The notes: generated from the sequence alone by a model not told the origin. Shown: positions 30,630-42,200, numbered from the stretch's first letter. The stretch is 64,000 nucleotides of DNA from Tolypothrix carrinoi HA7290-LM1 (GCA_019358935.1 JAHHIK010000033.1:1-64000); one strand, 5' to 3'. A program made the numbers and translations.

Positions 30630-31106
30630 ATGAAAAACTTACTTGGCTTACTAATCGGTGGATTCCTAGTTGTGGGTGCAGTTAGTTGCAACGAACCCCC
30701 ATCCAGAACCAGTGCCGATGCACCCGATAGCACAAAAGAAAACGTCAACGCGCCAACCAAAGAAGCCTCTCAGACAACCCAAAGCGATGCTACTAACGAT
30801 ACCCGTAAAAGACAAATAGAATCTGACACCAGAGCGCGTGAGGAACGTAATAATGTTACTGGTGGTGACGCAGATAGAGCCGATGCCGACCTTGAAAGCC
30901 AAGTTCGCGGTAAACTAGAAGCAAATCTACCAGCTAGTCAGTTAACGGTTGATGCCGAAAAGGGAGATGTAACCGTTGTCGGCACAGTTCCTACTCAAGA
31001 GCAATTAAGTAAAATTCCTACTTTGGCACAAGAAATTAAAGGCGTGAAAAGTGTTAAGGTTAATGCCAAGGTAGCCCCAGCACAAGCAGCACCAAACAAA
31101 CAATAA
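30630..31106 (+). CDS. BON-domain lipoprotein
   Basis: AVSC lipobox; VTVVGTVP...IKGVKSV. Confidence 0.88.
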   Translation: MKNLLGLLIGGFLVVGAVSCNEPPSRTSADAPDSTKENVNAPTKEASQTTQSDATNDTRKRQIESDTRAREERNNVTGGDADRADADLESQVRGKLEANLPASQLTVDAEKGDVTVVGTVPTQEQLSKIPTLAQEIKGVKSVKVNAKVAPAQAAPNKQ

Positions 31107-31729
31107 AACAGAATTTAAAAGTAAGGTAGCAATTTTTACGCTACATCATAATTTGCTAAAAGCTAGTGGCTAATGTAATTAGCTTAGGACTTACACGAAA
31201 ATAATTGTAAGGCACATTATACAGTAGCGGTAATTCATGAATTACCGCTACTTATGCTGTCGGATTGCGCTCATTCCTGTAGCTATTAGCCTTTAACCAT
31301 GATTGACAGTATACTATCTAACTTTTTTACTGATTATTAGTATTTTTACGAAAACAAAGATGACTTACGTGACAATTTATTAAATTTTTAGGGCGGATGA
31401 GCGAATTGTGCCCAAATCTGCTAGTATCTAAATCACCGCTGTGGGAGGGCAAAGTCTACCCTTGAGTTAAAGCCAAGTTGATAGACAGCCAACCCTTATA
31501 GTTACCCTAGCCGTGGGTAGCCATAACCGAAGTTGAATTCACATTTCTAGAAACTACCTCACACATTGTAATGAATCTAGAAGTTGTTCTAGGTTCAATT
31601 TCGGCAAGGCAATTTAAGTGCCTTAGTCAGCACTTATGCTATTTCACTTTTAATTGTTTTTTAAGATTCGCTCCTCAACATGTCAGATCAATCAATTAAT
31701 CGCTTCAATTGCTCAACTAGGAGAAAAAA

Positions 31730-32137
31730 ATGAAAAAGCTAATTCCATTTGTAGTCACCGGCATTTTGCTAATTGGTACTATTGGTTGTCAACAAGGTAC
31801 TCAAACTGGTTCAGAGACTGGTACTACAAATGAAGCCGGCGCACCAGCAAAAGAGGCTTCTCAGACAACTGGCGACGCGATGAAAAATGGCGACGCGATG
31901 AAAAATGGCGACGCGATGAAAGCTGGAAGCGACACCAAAAGCTTAGTTAACAGCAAACTAACAGAAAAGATTCCCGGCAGCAAGTTAACAGCCCAAGACA
32001 AAGATGGTGTTGTAACCGTTACAGGAACAGTTCCCTCTGAAGCGGATATGAAGAAAATTGAACCCGCTGTTAAAGAAGTCAAGGGTGTAAAAAGCGTGAA
32101 AGTGGAAGCAAAAGTTGCTAGCACAAAACCGCAATAA
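31730..32137 (+). CDS. BON-domain lipoprotein with GDAMK(N) repeats
   Basis: TIGC lipobox; three 18-bp repeats; VTVTGTVP...VKGVKSV. Confidence 0.88.
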   Translation: MKKLIPFVVTGILLIGTIGCQQGTQTGSETGTTNEAGAPAKEASQTTGDAMKNGDAMKNGDAMKAGSDTKSLVNSKLTEKIPGSKLTAQDKDGVVTVTGTVPSEADMKKIEPAVKEVKGVKSVKVEAKVASTKPQ

Positions 32138-32290
32138 CAGTACACACCTTGAGTAAATATTTTTGAGTTATACCATCTCAAGGAGGAGAGTTAATTAGGA
32201 CTTACATTTATTTATGTAAGTCCTGTTTTTTTAGTTCGTAGTTAGGGCTTCAGCCCTCTAAATTCTTGCTTTGAGGGCTGAAGCCCTCAC

Positions 32291-32381
32291 CCTTCGGGTT
32301 CGCCAGTCGCTCATGGGGAGCCAGTCCCCCATCGTGACGGAGACCGCCAAGACGGGGGCTGGTCTCACCGCGCTGGCTCAC
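32291..32381 (-). mobile_element. Small dispersed repeat with nested sub-element, inserted next to a palindromic repeat
   Basis: Minus strand GTGAGCCAGCGCG...CCCCATGAGCGACTGGCGAACCCGAAGG; same family as 24813 and 63746. Confidence 0.7.
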
Positions 32382-32394
32382 TACAAAATACTAA

Positions 32395-33202
32395 TTACAA
32401 TCCAACAGTGCGACCGGGAAAACCAGCCGTATCAAAGTAACGAGTTCCTCCCACTGTTTGGTATTTAAGAATTGTCTTTAAACCATTCGCAGCAACTTGA
32501 GATTCTAAAGTTTGAGACTGAGACTTAATATTGGCACCGTTAGTTAAGGCTTCACTTAACACCCGACCAACTAGCTTACCTTGAGATGGTAACTTCAACT
32601 TCAATACTTTTGCTAAAGTTGGTGCTAAATCTGCATTGCTTGTTGGTGCTGTGTCTTGATATTTTTGCTTGAAGTCCGGACCAATAGCTGCCATTGTGTT
32701 GTAAGTATCAGCACGGCTGAAGCTTCCGTGCATTCCTTGTCCCTGTTGCAAAGCTGAAATTTGCTTTTCTTGCAGTTGCGAGTAGGCTTTCTTCGTTGAT
32801 AAAGTTGTTACCAAACTGTTTGTTAACTTCCCTGAGAACGGCATTATTTTCTAGGAAGGGGACTAAGCTGTTTTTGGCACTTTTAACCGGGGCGCTAACT
32901 TTGATAGTATTGCTAAAGTCACCCGTATCACCAAGGTAATGTCCGGTTGCGATCGCACTTGCATTAGCTGTGGTAAAAGTCGGAAATAACGAGTGACTAT
33001 TGACAAATGTTACTCCCTGTTCTCTAATTTCATTCAATGCAGGCATATCGATAGAATTTATCGAAGTCGGACGCAACCCATCCGCTACGAAAATAACTAC
33101 ATTATGTTGTTTTGCTGGCTGAACTAGATTACATGCAGCCACAAGTGCAATTACAAACAAAGTTAAGATTAACCAGCGACGACTGCGCGTAAAAATCCGC
33201 AT
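32395..33202 (-). pseudogene. Alkaline phosphatase/nucleotide pyrophosphatase-phosphodiesterase family lipoprotein with internal deletion and frameshift
   Basis: N-part (FVADGLR, FPTFTTAN) joined out of frame near 32752 to C-part (LQQGQGMHGSFS, SNADLAPT). Confidence 0.85.
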
Positions 33203-33426
33203 AACCTCTCGGATAATGAGAACACGAAGATTTTATACTGAAGTGACGCAAAAAAATAGGATAATCAAAACAATTAAAAATTTTGGCATTGCATATTGTA
33301 GAGACGTTCCGATGGAACGTCTCTACGATTTTATTAGACATCTCCACAAAAAGAATTATGCGTTACCTGAAATTGTTTGTAGGGACAATTCATGAATTGT
33401 CCCTACGCAATTTCCACTTCCCTTGT

Positions 33427-34530
33427 CTATTTAAAAGCGTAAGTTTGCAAGAGTGCTTCTTGTATGGAACCTACTCGGTTAAAAACCTGAATGATTTTAT
33501 GAGCCGGTGTTTCTCGCTTTTCAAGCAGAACTTTCAGCGGTGCTAACAACTCAACATCAGGATCGTTGAAGAGTGCAATTTCAGATGCTTGCAAAACTTG
33601 TTTTGCTGTCGCTAAAATATCTTCGTTGTCAAAACCTTCTTTTGCGGATATTTGATGTTTCTTGGCATCGGGTACAGTCGCTCTCCCCAAAAGAGTTTTA
33701 TCTAACACCAAACCCTTTAATAATGCTAACAACCCGGCATAAATTGTCAAATCATCACAACTATCAAAAGCTTTAAATTCAATTCTACCGACTTCTGCGG
33801 GGATGCGTGCTATTTTTGTTAATGAAGGTACACTATCAATCAGTTGTTCGCGTTTTTCTACAAACACCATCACCGCCGGTCTTTTTCCGGTTCTAATAAA
33901 TGTCCTTACTGATAAACCAGACCACAAAGTACCTTGATAAAAAGGAGAACTATAACTAAACGGAACTATGTAAGGACTGTAATAAGTTAACTTTCTGCCA
34001 ATATCAATTACACCTTCATAAGATAATCCGCTGACTGATATATTTAAGTCAGGACCATAAGTCAACATCGGAATGTGTGCCGTTTGTTTTTCTGGGGAAG
34101 CTTGCCGCCGTTTTATTTCATAATCATTTAATGGGGGTTGCGGCTCAAAAACAGCATAGTATGGATTAAAACTAACCAAAACTGGCGAAAAACCGAAGCT
34201 ACTAGCACCTTCACATAGCAAACGAAAACTTTCCGATAGTTCATTAATAGCGCTTTGAATAGTAGAATTTATTGTTGTTCTGATTTCGATACCTTTAGGA
34301 ACGCATTCGATCACATTTTCTGAATCTTCAAATCGTTCAAATCCTTCAATATACCATCTTTTTTGTTTAATACCAGCATCACCCACACGTAATTGTGGAT
34401 AGTCGCTGGGGTATGTAGGTAATCTTTCTACGATTTGATTAAAATCAGCGAATTTTGTCCGCGAAAAATCAGCAAACTTTCCTTCATGGTTGAGGAAAGC
34501 GACTTCATGCTCGATACCAAAATAAAACAT
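33427..34530 (-). CDS. Glutamate--cysteine ligase family 2 (carboxylate-amine ligase)-like protein
   Basis: FGIEHE, IEIRT, SSPFYQG, GRIEFKAFD. Confidence 0.75.
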   Translation of the reverse strand: MFYFGIEHEVAFLNHEGKFADFSRTKFADFNQIVERLPTYPSDYPQLRVGDAGIKQKRWYIEGFERFEDSENVIECVPKGIEIRTTINSTIQSAINELSESFRLLCEGASSFGFSPVLVSFNPYYAVFEPQPPLNDYEIKRRQASPEKQTAHIPMLTYGPDLNISVSGLSYEGVIDIGRKLTYYSPYIVPFSYSSPFYQGTLWSGLSVRTFIRTGKRPAVMVFVEKREQLIDSVPSLTKIARIPAEVGRIEFKAFDSCDDLTIYAGLLALLKGLVLDKTLLGRATVPDAKKHQISAKEGFDNEDILATAKQVLQASEIALFNDPDVELLAPLKVLLEKRETPAHKIIQVFNRVGSIQEALLQTYAFK

Positions 34531-34554
34531 TCTCTATACCTTAATTACTGGAAT

Positions 34555-35373
34555 TTAACTTAATTTAACTAATGTTAAGCGATACATATTCCGTAAGAAA
34601 GGAATATAGGAAAAAAGCAAGCGAATTACCACACCAAAGCGTCGCAGATATTTAGCTGGCAAATCTCCAAAACTGGTGACTTCGATTACTTGATAGCGGA
34701 AATCCCAATCTTGGATCTTGCGAATATCTGAGATACTCCAATTAAATTTTGCCGAGGTGTAATTTATTGAGTCATGTCTCTTCTGATTCTTCACCATCAG
34801 CGGTGACATAGAATCAAACGCAAACCAACAACCATGAAAATGCTCTAAAAGATTAGCAAACAACTGCTGCACCTGTTCTTCACTGAGATACATCAGTACT
34901 CCCTCTGCCACAAACATACAAGGTGCATTAACTGCTTTAACGCGCTCAATCCAATCTGTATCTAAAGCTGAAGCCGTGATAAACTGACGGCGTTCTGTTT
35001 CTTCAAAAAACTGCTTTCGCAACGTCATTGAGTCTGGTAAGTCTAAATCAAACCAGCGTACTTCACCATTATCAACTCGCTCAAAACGGGTATTGAGTCC
35101 TGCACCAATTTCTACCACCGAACCTTGAGGATGTTGTTGGAGATAAGAAAGTACCCAGTTGTCGAGGATCATTCCTCGCAAGCAAGTGCCTATTTGAGAG
35201 CTTTTAGCAGTAGCAAATTTATCAAAATCGTAATCGATCGCCTCTATAATCTCAACCGATTTCGGGTCTTGTATAATTGGATCGGGTTTGGAAAACTCAT
35301 AAGCTCTTGCCCAGAGCGGGATTAGCAGAGTTTCTTGAACGACACCAAGGTTAACTTTAGTTTTACTCATCAA
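34555..35373 (-). CDS. Class I SAM-dependent methyltransferase (LCM/TcmP-like)
   Basis: ETLLIPLWARA, VEIGAGLNTR, DLDLP, AEGVLMYL. Confidence 0.9.
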   Translation of the reverse strand: MMSKTKVNLGVVQETLLIPLWARAYEFSKPDPIIQDPKSVEIIEAIDYDFDKFATAKSSQIGTCLRGMILDNWVLSYLQQHPQGSVVEIGAGLNTRFERVDNGEVRWFDLDLPDSMTLRKQFFEETERRQFITASALDTDWIERVKAVNAPCMFVAEGVLMYLSEEQVQQLFANLLEHFHGCWFAFDSMSPLMVKNQKRHDSINYTSAKFNWSISDIRKIQDWDFRYQVIEVTSFGDLPAKYLRRFGVVIRLLFSYIPFLRNMYRLTLVKLS

Positions 35374-35577
35374 TATCCTCTATTTGGATAATTAATTATA
35401 AAAATTCTTAACTATCATATCATAGTGATGTTTTTGCTTTTATTGCTGGGATGCCGAGTGCGTTGAATGCAGTTAATGCGATCGCATCGGTTTCACAAAG
35501 TCCTTGTTATGCAAATTAGTTCTATTTCTGCCTGAGGACGACAGGTGTTTTAGTATGGACGTAAGGTAGCTTAAAGC

Positions 35578-36258
35578 GTGAGTATTATGAAAGGTGCTGT
35601 TAAATCTCCTTATAGCAATGAACAAATTGCCGCTTGGCTGCGGGGATTACTGACAGTTGCGTGGGCGGATGGTAACTTTGATGCCCAAGAAAAAGAATTA
35701 ATTGCTAATATCACTGACAAAGAATTGGCTCCGAAAATCAACTTTGAGTCATTAGAGCCAATTCAACCAGAAGAATTAGCTGCGGTGTTGGGTAAAAATA
35801 CAACAGCAGCGGAAAATTTTTTACGTACAGCGGTAATGGTAGCGATCGCCGATGGTACTTATTCTTCTAGTGAAGATTACCTTTTGCACCAATTCTGCAC
35901 AGCCTTAGAACAGCCAGAGGAATTACTCAAAGCGCTGCGCTACACTATAGAACACCCACAGCAACTACAGACTCCTTCCGCCGATTTGACAAAACGGCAA
36001 CTTGATGCATTGCGCCCGATGCGTGAGTGGCTAGACAAACTGGAGATTCACGACCCCAGAGTAGCCCGTTTTTTGTGCAAAATGATACCTTCGCAGTGTC
36101 CCTTTGAGCGCGATGTCAACCTCTTTGGGCGGAAAATAGTTCACATTCCCCCGATGTGTAAAATCAATCCACTTTATGAACAACTTGTGGGTTTGCGTTT
36201 TCGCGCCCTCTCCTATCTAGCAGATGATTGTGGTGAAGATGTTTCACCTTATATTTAG
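35578..36258 (+). CDS. TerB-like plus Mo-dependent nitrogenase C-terminal domain protein
   Basis: VAWADG; IPSQCPFERD, HIPPMCKINPLYEQLVGLRFRAL. Confidence 0.88.
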   Translation: MSIMKGAVKSPYSNEQIAAWLRGLLTVAWADGNFDAQEKELIANITDKELAPKINFESLEPIQPEELAAVLGKNTTAAENFLRTAVMVAIADGTYSSSEDYLLHQFCTALEQPEELLKALRYTIEHPQQLQTPSADLTKRQLDALRPMREWLDKLEIHDPRVARFLCKMIPSQCPFERDVNLFGRKIVHIPPMCKINPLYEQLVGLRFRALSYLADDCGEDVSPYI

Positions 36259-36463
36259 TTAGTGGGTAGTGGGTAGTGGTTAGTTGTAGGACTTAAGAGT
36301 TAAAAGTTAAGAGTTAGGAGTTAAGAGTTAGCGGAAAAATAACAACCAACCATCAACTAACAACTAACAACCACCAACCATCAACCACCAACCATCAACT
36401 AACAACCAACCACCAACAACTAACCACCAACAACTAACCACCAACAACTAACAACTAACAAAC
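36256..36463. repeat. STRR tracts
   Basis: GAGTTAA and CAACTAA/CAACCAC 7-mers. Confidence 0.85.
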
Positions 36464-36464
36464 T

Positions 36465-37493
36465 ATGCAATTTATCGATCAAGCAAACATTGAAGTTGAA
36501 GCCGGCAAGGGTGGCGATGGTATTGTTGCCTTCCGTCGGGAGAAGTATGTGCCGGCTGGGGGTCCCTCTGGTGGAAATGGGGGACGCGGTGGTTCGGTGA
36601 TTTTTGTGGCAAAGGAAAATTTGCAAACTTTGCTAGATTTCAGATACAACCATCGCTTTCAAGGTGAAAATGGTGGACGCGGGGGACCAAATAACTGTAC
36701 CGGCGCAAATGGCAAAGATTTAACTATCGAAGTTCCCTGCGGTACGGCTATTTATGATGCGGAAAGTGGCGAATTGCTGGGCGATTTAATTGAGCAAAAC
36801 CAGACTTTTGTGGTAGCTAAAGGTGGTAAAGGAGGCTTGGGAAATCAACATTTCTTGAGCAACCGCAACCGCGCTCCAGAATACGCGCTCCCCGGATTAC
36901 CAGGAGAAATAAAGCAACTTAGATTAGAGCTGAAACTGTTAGCAGAAGTAGGAATTATTGGGCTACCAAATGCAGGAAAATCGACTTTGATATCAGCTTT
37001 GTCAGCAGCGCGTCCAAAAATTGCTGATTACCCGTTTACTACTTTGATACCGAACTTGGGTGTAGTGCGAAAACCTACAGGCGATGGCACGGTTTTTGCT
37101 GATATTCCCGGTTTGATTGAAGGTGCTTCTGGTGGTGCGGGGTTGGGACACGATTTTTTGCGTCACATTGAGCGCACGCGGGTACTGTTGCATTTGATAG
37201 ATGCTACCAGTGAAGATGTTATAGGCGAATATAAAACGATTAAAAAAGAGTTACAAGATTACGGACGAGGTTTAGCAGAGCGATCGCTTGTTTTAGCACT
37301 CAACAAAATTGATGCGGTTGATCGCGAAACTGTAGATTTGGATGCCTTAGCGATGGAACTCAATCATCTATCCTTTGCGCCGGTTTTCTTGATTTCCGCT
37401 GTTACCGGCGCTGGGTTACAGCCAATGTTACAAGAAATTTGGCGACTTCTTGATGAACTTAATGCAGTCCAACAAGTGGAGGTGTTGAGATAA
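36465..37493 (+). CDS. obgE: GTPase ObgE/CgtA
   Basis: Gly-rich Obg fold, [23 protein letters not shown]. Confidence 0.98.
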   Translation: MQFIDQANIEVEAGKGGDGIVAFRREKYVPAGGPSGGNGGRGGSVIFVAKENLQTLLDFRYNHRFQGENGGRGGPNNCTGANGKDLTIEVPCGTAIYDAESGELLGDLIEQNQTFVVAKGGKGGLGNQHFLSNRNRAPEYALPGLPGEIKQLRLELKLLAEVGIIGLPNAGKSTLISALSAARPKIADYPFTTLIPNLGVVRKPTGDGTVFADIPGLIEGASGGAGLGHDFLRHIERTRVLLHLIDATSEDVIGEYKTIKKELQDYGRGLAERSLVLALNKIDAVDRETVDLDALAMELNHLSFAPVFLISAVTGAGLQPMLQEIWRLLDELNAVQQVEVLR

Positions 37494-37502
37494 TGTAGAA
37501 AA

Positions 37503-37618
37503 GCGATTATAAATCGCGGCTACACAGACAAAACCCACCTGCGTGGGTTTAAAACCTTTGATTTTCTCTTAGTCCACGGAGGTGGACTTCGTTTGTGTAG
37601 TAGCGAATTCTATTCGCC
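37503..37618 (-). mobile_element. ~120-bp multi-hairpin dispersed element (also at 54173-54295)
   Basis: GGCGAATAGAATTCGCTACTACACA...TGTGTAGCCGCGATT..AATCGC shared with the 54173 copy. Confidence 0.8.
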
Positions 37619-38299
37619 GTCCCAATTCACAAATAGGGCATAAAAATAGGCGATAATTTCCGATATCACAGTTCGCACACCTTCGCTAGAAACCCACCAT
37701 TTATTTGGATTGTAATTTACTGGTTTGGCGGCAATTATTCCGACTTTTATTTTCGGCTCAAGTACTTGTTGAAATATTAGCCAAGTTCTGCGAGTATGGG
37801 CATCAGAGGTTAACAAATTTATTGATTTTATCGGGGAATTTGAATTTGCTAGCCACTGACGAAGTGCGATCGCAGATGCATGAGTACGATTCTTAATTAC
37901 ATCCGGTGCAGGTACAACTGTCACTTGTTCTGGTTGTACACCTAGCTTTTTTAAAGTTGCGGCCGCAATTCCTGCAAAAGTCTTATATTCAGCTAGATAG
38001 AATCCTCTTTCTACCGGACCTCCTGTGGTGAATATTTGTCGATAGGAACCGCTTTTAAATTCGGTAAATGCTTGTTCTACTGCGTAGTCTGTTACCCATC
38101 CTTCGACAACCAAGACATCGGTTTTGATGGGAGAAGTGACGGCGAGAAACGGGTATAAATGAGTAATGCTGAAAAACATTACAGAAATCATTAAAGCGAT
38201 CGCTATCACCCATCCCGGCGCCGTCAGCGTCCACACTTGTTGGCGTTTTATCAGCCTAATTCTTGGTATTTTGGGATTTTGATGGTTTTTCCTGGGCAT
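37610..38299 (-). CDS. YdcF/DUF218 family protein
   Basis: LVVEGW, TTGG, RTHASA, AHTRR, WW..SEG. Confidence 0.8.
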   Translation of the reverse strand: MPRKNHQNPKIPRIRLIKRQQVWTLTAPGWVIAIALMISVMFFSITHLYPFLAVTSPIKTDVLVVEGWVTDYAVEQAFTEFKSGSYRQIFTTGGPVERGFYLAEYKTFAGIAAATLKKLGVQPEQVTVVPAPDVIKNRTHASAIALRQWLANSNSPIKSINLLTSDAHTRRTWLIFQQVLEPKIKVGIIAAKPVNYNPNKWWVSSEGVRTVISEIIAYFYALFVNWDGE

Positions 38300-38952
38300 T
38301 AAGCTGTTTTTATACTCTTGCTTTTCAAATAAGCAAACACAGATTTGTCCCCGATATCCGGAGGAATTTCTTGTACAGCTTTCCGCAATGCAAATACCAC
38401 AAACAAAATCGCCCACAATCCTAATAAAACTTGTTCTGCTTGAATTGGCAAAACACCTACTAAATGTCCCAGCAGCAGTATCGGCACTGTAAAGGTTAAT
38501 ACCTTAGTTTCCAAACGGTTGAAGCAAAAAGCTTCTTTGAAAAATATACCTGTTAAGGCTGCGAAGATAAAACCCACTCCGAATAAAGTCAGGGGGTGAG
38601 TGTAAACTGTGACAGCAAAAGGTTGACTGTCAAAATGTCCGAATACAAATGAAGAAATGCAACCAATCAGCCAGAAAACTTGTAAAAGTCGGTGCAGCGG
38701 TGCTAAGTAGATATGAATAGTCAGTAAACTTACACCCAGAGCAAGACAAAAGACAGTATACAAAGGTGTAATTGCTTGGATGGTAAAGGGGTTGGTGTAA
38801 AACAATACCAAAAGGCTGGCGATCGCAAAGCTGAGTGCGGCTACCATTAAGGCAGTGCGATAGATAATAACGCTTTTGCGATCGCTTTGATTAATTGTAA
38901 ATTCGCCAAACTGACCTTGATAAACGGATGGTGGCGATTCTGTTAGAGTCAT
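38299..38952 (-). CDS. DUF2301 family membrane protein
   Basis: YQGQFGEF, IHIYL..LH, FKEAFCF, DIGDKSVF. Confidence 0.85.
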   Translation of the reverse strand: MTLTESPPSVYQGQFGEFTINQSDRKSVIIYRTALMVAALSFAIASLLVLFYTNPFTIQAITPLYTVFCLALGVSLLTIHIYLAPLHRLLQVFWLIGCISSFVFGHFDSQPFAVTVYTHPLTLFGVGFIFAALTGIFFKEAFCFNRLETKVLTFTVPILLLGHLVGVLPIQAEQVLLGLWAILFVVFALRKAVQEIPPDIGDKSVFAYLKSKSIKTA

Positions 38953-38987
38953 AACAATCTTGGATTTGAATCTATATTTCCTATGCT

Positions 38988-39094
38988 ATAGCGATCCTAT
39001 TTGATTTGTGAAAATCGCAAAGCTCAGAAAGAACCCCGGTTTCTTGGAGAAACCGGGGTTCTTGTTGTTCACGCTCTTATGCGCGGATTGCTAT
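38988..39094. mobile_element. MITE-like element (TATAGCRATCC...GGATTGCTATA)
   Basis: Imperfect TIRs; internal GAACCCCGGTTTC/GAAACCGGGGTTC palindrome; related ends near 49644 and 63013-63115. Confidence 0.65.
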
Positions 39095-39207
39095 AGGAGA
39101 GATTATCCACTTTTTTGCTCGTTGATGTTAGTTAGTCTTGATTCTTGGGAAGTATATCGGTAACAACTCTGAAATTTCTCACTTCTTCAGAGAACTTTAT
39201 ACTTTCT

Positions 39208-42200
39208 ATGAACGACAAAAATACCAACGACCTCTCAATCGAAGCTAGCATCAACTACTTGAGTTCCAAAGATAGTAACGGTCTGAGTAATATTTTTGCT
39301 CTTAGCGGTAGTAGCAGCAGCAGTACCAGTGTCCAGTTTAGCTTAAGCCAGAGAGAAGCAGCATTTATCAATGAAATCGGGGTGTTTGTTGTCTCTGACG
39401 ACAAAGGTACAGTCAACGGTATTGCCCCAGGTCAAGAAGGCTACATGCAAGCCGCTTTTACTCAATCGCGAGTAATTTTCTCCTCTTTATCAGAAAAAGC
39501 ATCAGCCGGGATTAACTTTGTTCGTCAATTAACCTTTAAAGCTGGGGAACGCTTAGGTTTTTACATGGTAGCAGACAACACTACCAGTAGCGTAGATACG
39601 ACATCTGGCAAAACCTCAGAAAACGTATTCTTTTCCCTCAGCGCTTGCAACTCAGATAAATTTGACCATGTGCGGGTGAAAGATAAAGGCAAAAGCACCT
39701 TCGATTTAGCTTGGGAAGATTTGAAAGGTGGTGGTGACAAAGATTTCAACGACTTAGTGCTGAAAATGGAGATAGTCAAAACTCCCCCCGCACTAGGAAG
39801 TGGATTGCAAGGAGGAAAAGAAGGGGAAATCATTGATTTACGCAGTGTCAAGGGTCAGATTTCCGCTAACTTTACACTCAACAGCGATTCTTCTAATCGC
39901 AATTACGTCGGATTTTATCGAATCAACGATGCTCAAGGTACAGTTACCGACCCGTTAACAGGCAAAACAATTACTCCCGGTGAAGTCGGTTATGCCCAAG
40001 CAGCGATTCGACAAAGTATAGTCAGCTTTAACCAAAGTAGTACATCTTCAACTTCTATTGAAGCTGGGGGATTATTCGCAACTTACATCATTGCCAATGG
40101 CACTTCTGAACAATTTCTCAGTCTGAATCAAAGCAATCAAGAGGGTTCTGGTCCTGTTGCCTACTTTACTTACCACAAAGCTAACCCTGATAAACTTCAG
40201 CACATTCGTCAGTGCGGAGATAACACATTTGGTTTTGAGCAGCCTTCCATCAAAGGTAAGCGTGAGTTTAGCTATACGGTTTTCAAAGTTGATCTCAGCG
40301 TTAAAACCGAAATTGATATCGATAACGGCAGTGATGATGATGATGATGATGATGATGATATCGATATTGATGACGGTAGTGAAAATACAAACTTACAAGC
40401 TGGTACTTTAGCATTTGCTGCTGCTAATTACAGCGGAGTTGAAGGTAATAGCAGCACTGTAGATACAATTGTTGCCAAAATTCAACGCACAGGCGGTAGT
40501 CTTGGGGCAGTGAGTGTAGATGTGCAATTCGATGATGGTAGCACAGCCACCTCTGATGACTACAACAACAAGACGATTACTATTAACTTTGCGGCTGGAG
40601 AAACTAGCAAAGATATAGTGATTCCCATTTTGGGCGATACGACAGATGAGACGGATGAAACTATCAAGCTGAAGTTATTTAACGCCACAGGTGGGGCAAT
40701 TTTAGGAAGTCAGCAAACAGCGACTTATAAAATTATTAATGATGATGCACTTGTCAACATCAGCGCCACTAATGCCACAGTTACCGAAACAGCTTCAGCA
40801 ACAAATACAAGCACTTTCCGCATTAGTCGCACTGGTAGCACTTCTGCTGAATTAGCTGTAAATCTGGATATTGATAGCAGTAGCACTGTTACCAGTAATA
40901 CGGGTGGTGCTTTTGCAGTTGACTACAGTTTGAGTGGTGGTAATATTTATGGCACAGATAAAACCAGGAGTGTGATTATTCCTGTGGGAATGTCGTTTGT
41001 GGATGTCACTCTCACGACGATTAATGACATTCATGCTGAGGCAGATGAGATACTAAAACTGAGTTTGGCAGCTGGGGGTTATAGCATCGATACTACTAAC
41101 AATAATGCCACAGTCACAATTGCTGCCAATGATACAGAGGTGATTAACACCAGCGACAGCGGCGAAGGCTCTTTGCGGCAAGCGTTGATTAATGCTAATG
41201 ATTTTACGGGGCTTGACAATATCACCTTCAACATTCCCACTACTGATTCTGGTTACACCGCAGCTACAGAAATGTACACAATTACCCTGGCTTCAGACTT
41301 AGATAATATTAGCGATGATGTCAATATTACTGGTTTGGGTGCTAACAAACTGACTGTCAGTGGAAATAATGCTGTGGGTGTCTTTTATATTGACAGTGGC
41401 AAGACCGTAAATCTTGATGGTTTGACCATTGCTAATGGTAAAGCAAATGAAGGCGGCGGTATTTATAACGATGGCATATTGACAGTAACTAACAGCACCA
41501 TAACTGGCAACTCGGCAAGCGGTACCGGTGTGGCATACACTGACACTGATGGCTTAGGAGGTGGTATCTATAACGAAGGCACACTGACAGTAATCGACAG
41601 CACCATCTCTGGCAACGAGGCAGACTACACTGGCGTGGGTGCCGGCGGCTATGGCGGCGGTATCTATAACGAAGGCAGCTTGACGGTAACTAACAGCACC
41701 ATCGCTGATAATAAGGCAACACTCACCTCCGGTAGCTACGGTGGCTGGGGCGGCGGTATCTATACCAAAGGGATAGGAACGGTGACGGTGAGCAACACCA
41801 CCCTTTCTGGCAACTCGGCAGTCTACAGCGGCAGCGGTGGCAGCGGTGGCTTCGGCGGCGGTATTTATAACGATGGCGGAAGCAGCACGGTGAATGCTAA
41901 AAATACCATCATTGCTAAAAATACTGCATCTTCTTCCGATCCAGATTTCTATGGCACGTTGACTTCACAGGGCTACAATCTAATTGGCGTTTATTCTGGC
42001 ACTGCCGCCACTGGTGATAATTTCGGTACTAATGCTGTCCCAGTTGACCCCAAACTCGGTTCTCTGGCAAATAACGGCGGTCTTACCCAGACTATGGCGC
42101 TGCTTGATGGTAGTCCAGCAATTAATACGGGCGATCCTGCTTTTACTTCCCCACCAACCACAGACCAACGCGGCACGGGTTTTAACCGCATCAAAAATAT

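Noticed and set aside
35578..36258. Nitrogenase gene
   Set aside because: The domain name is historical; no nif motifs or nif cluster here.
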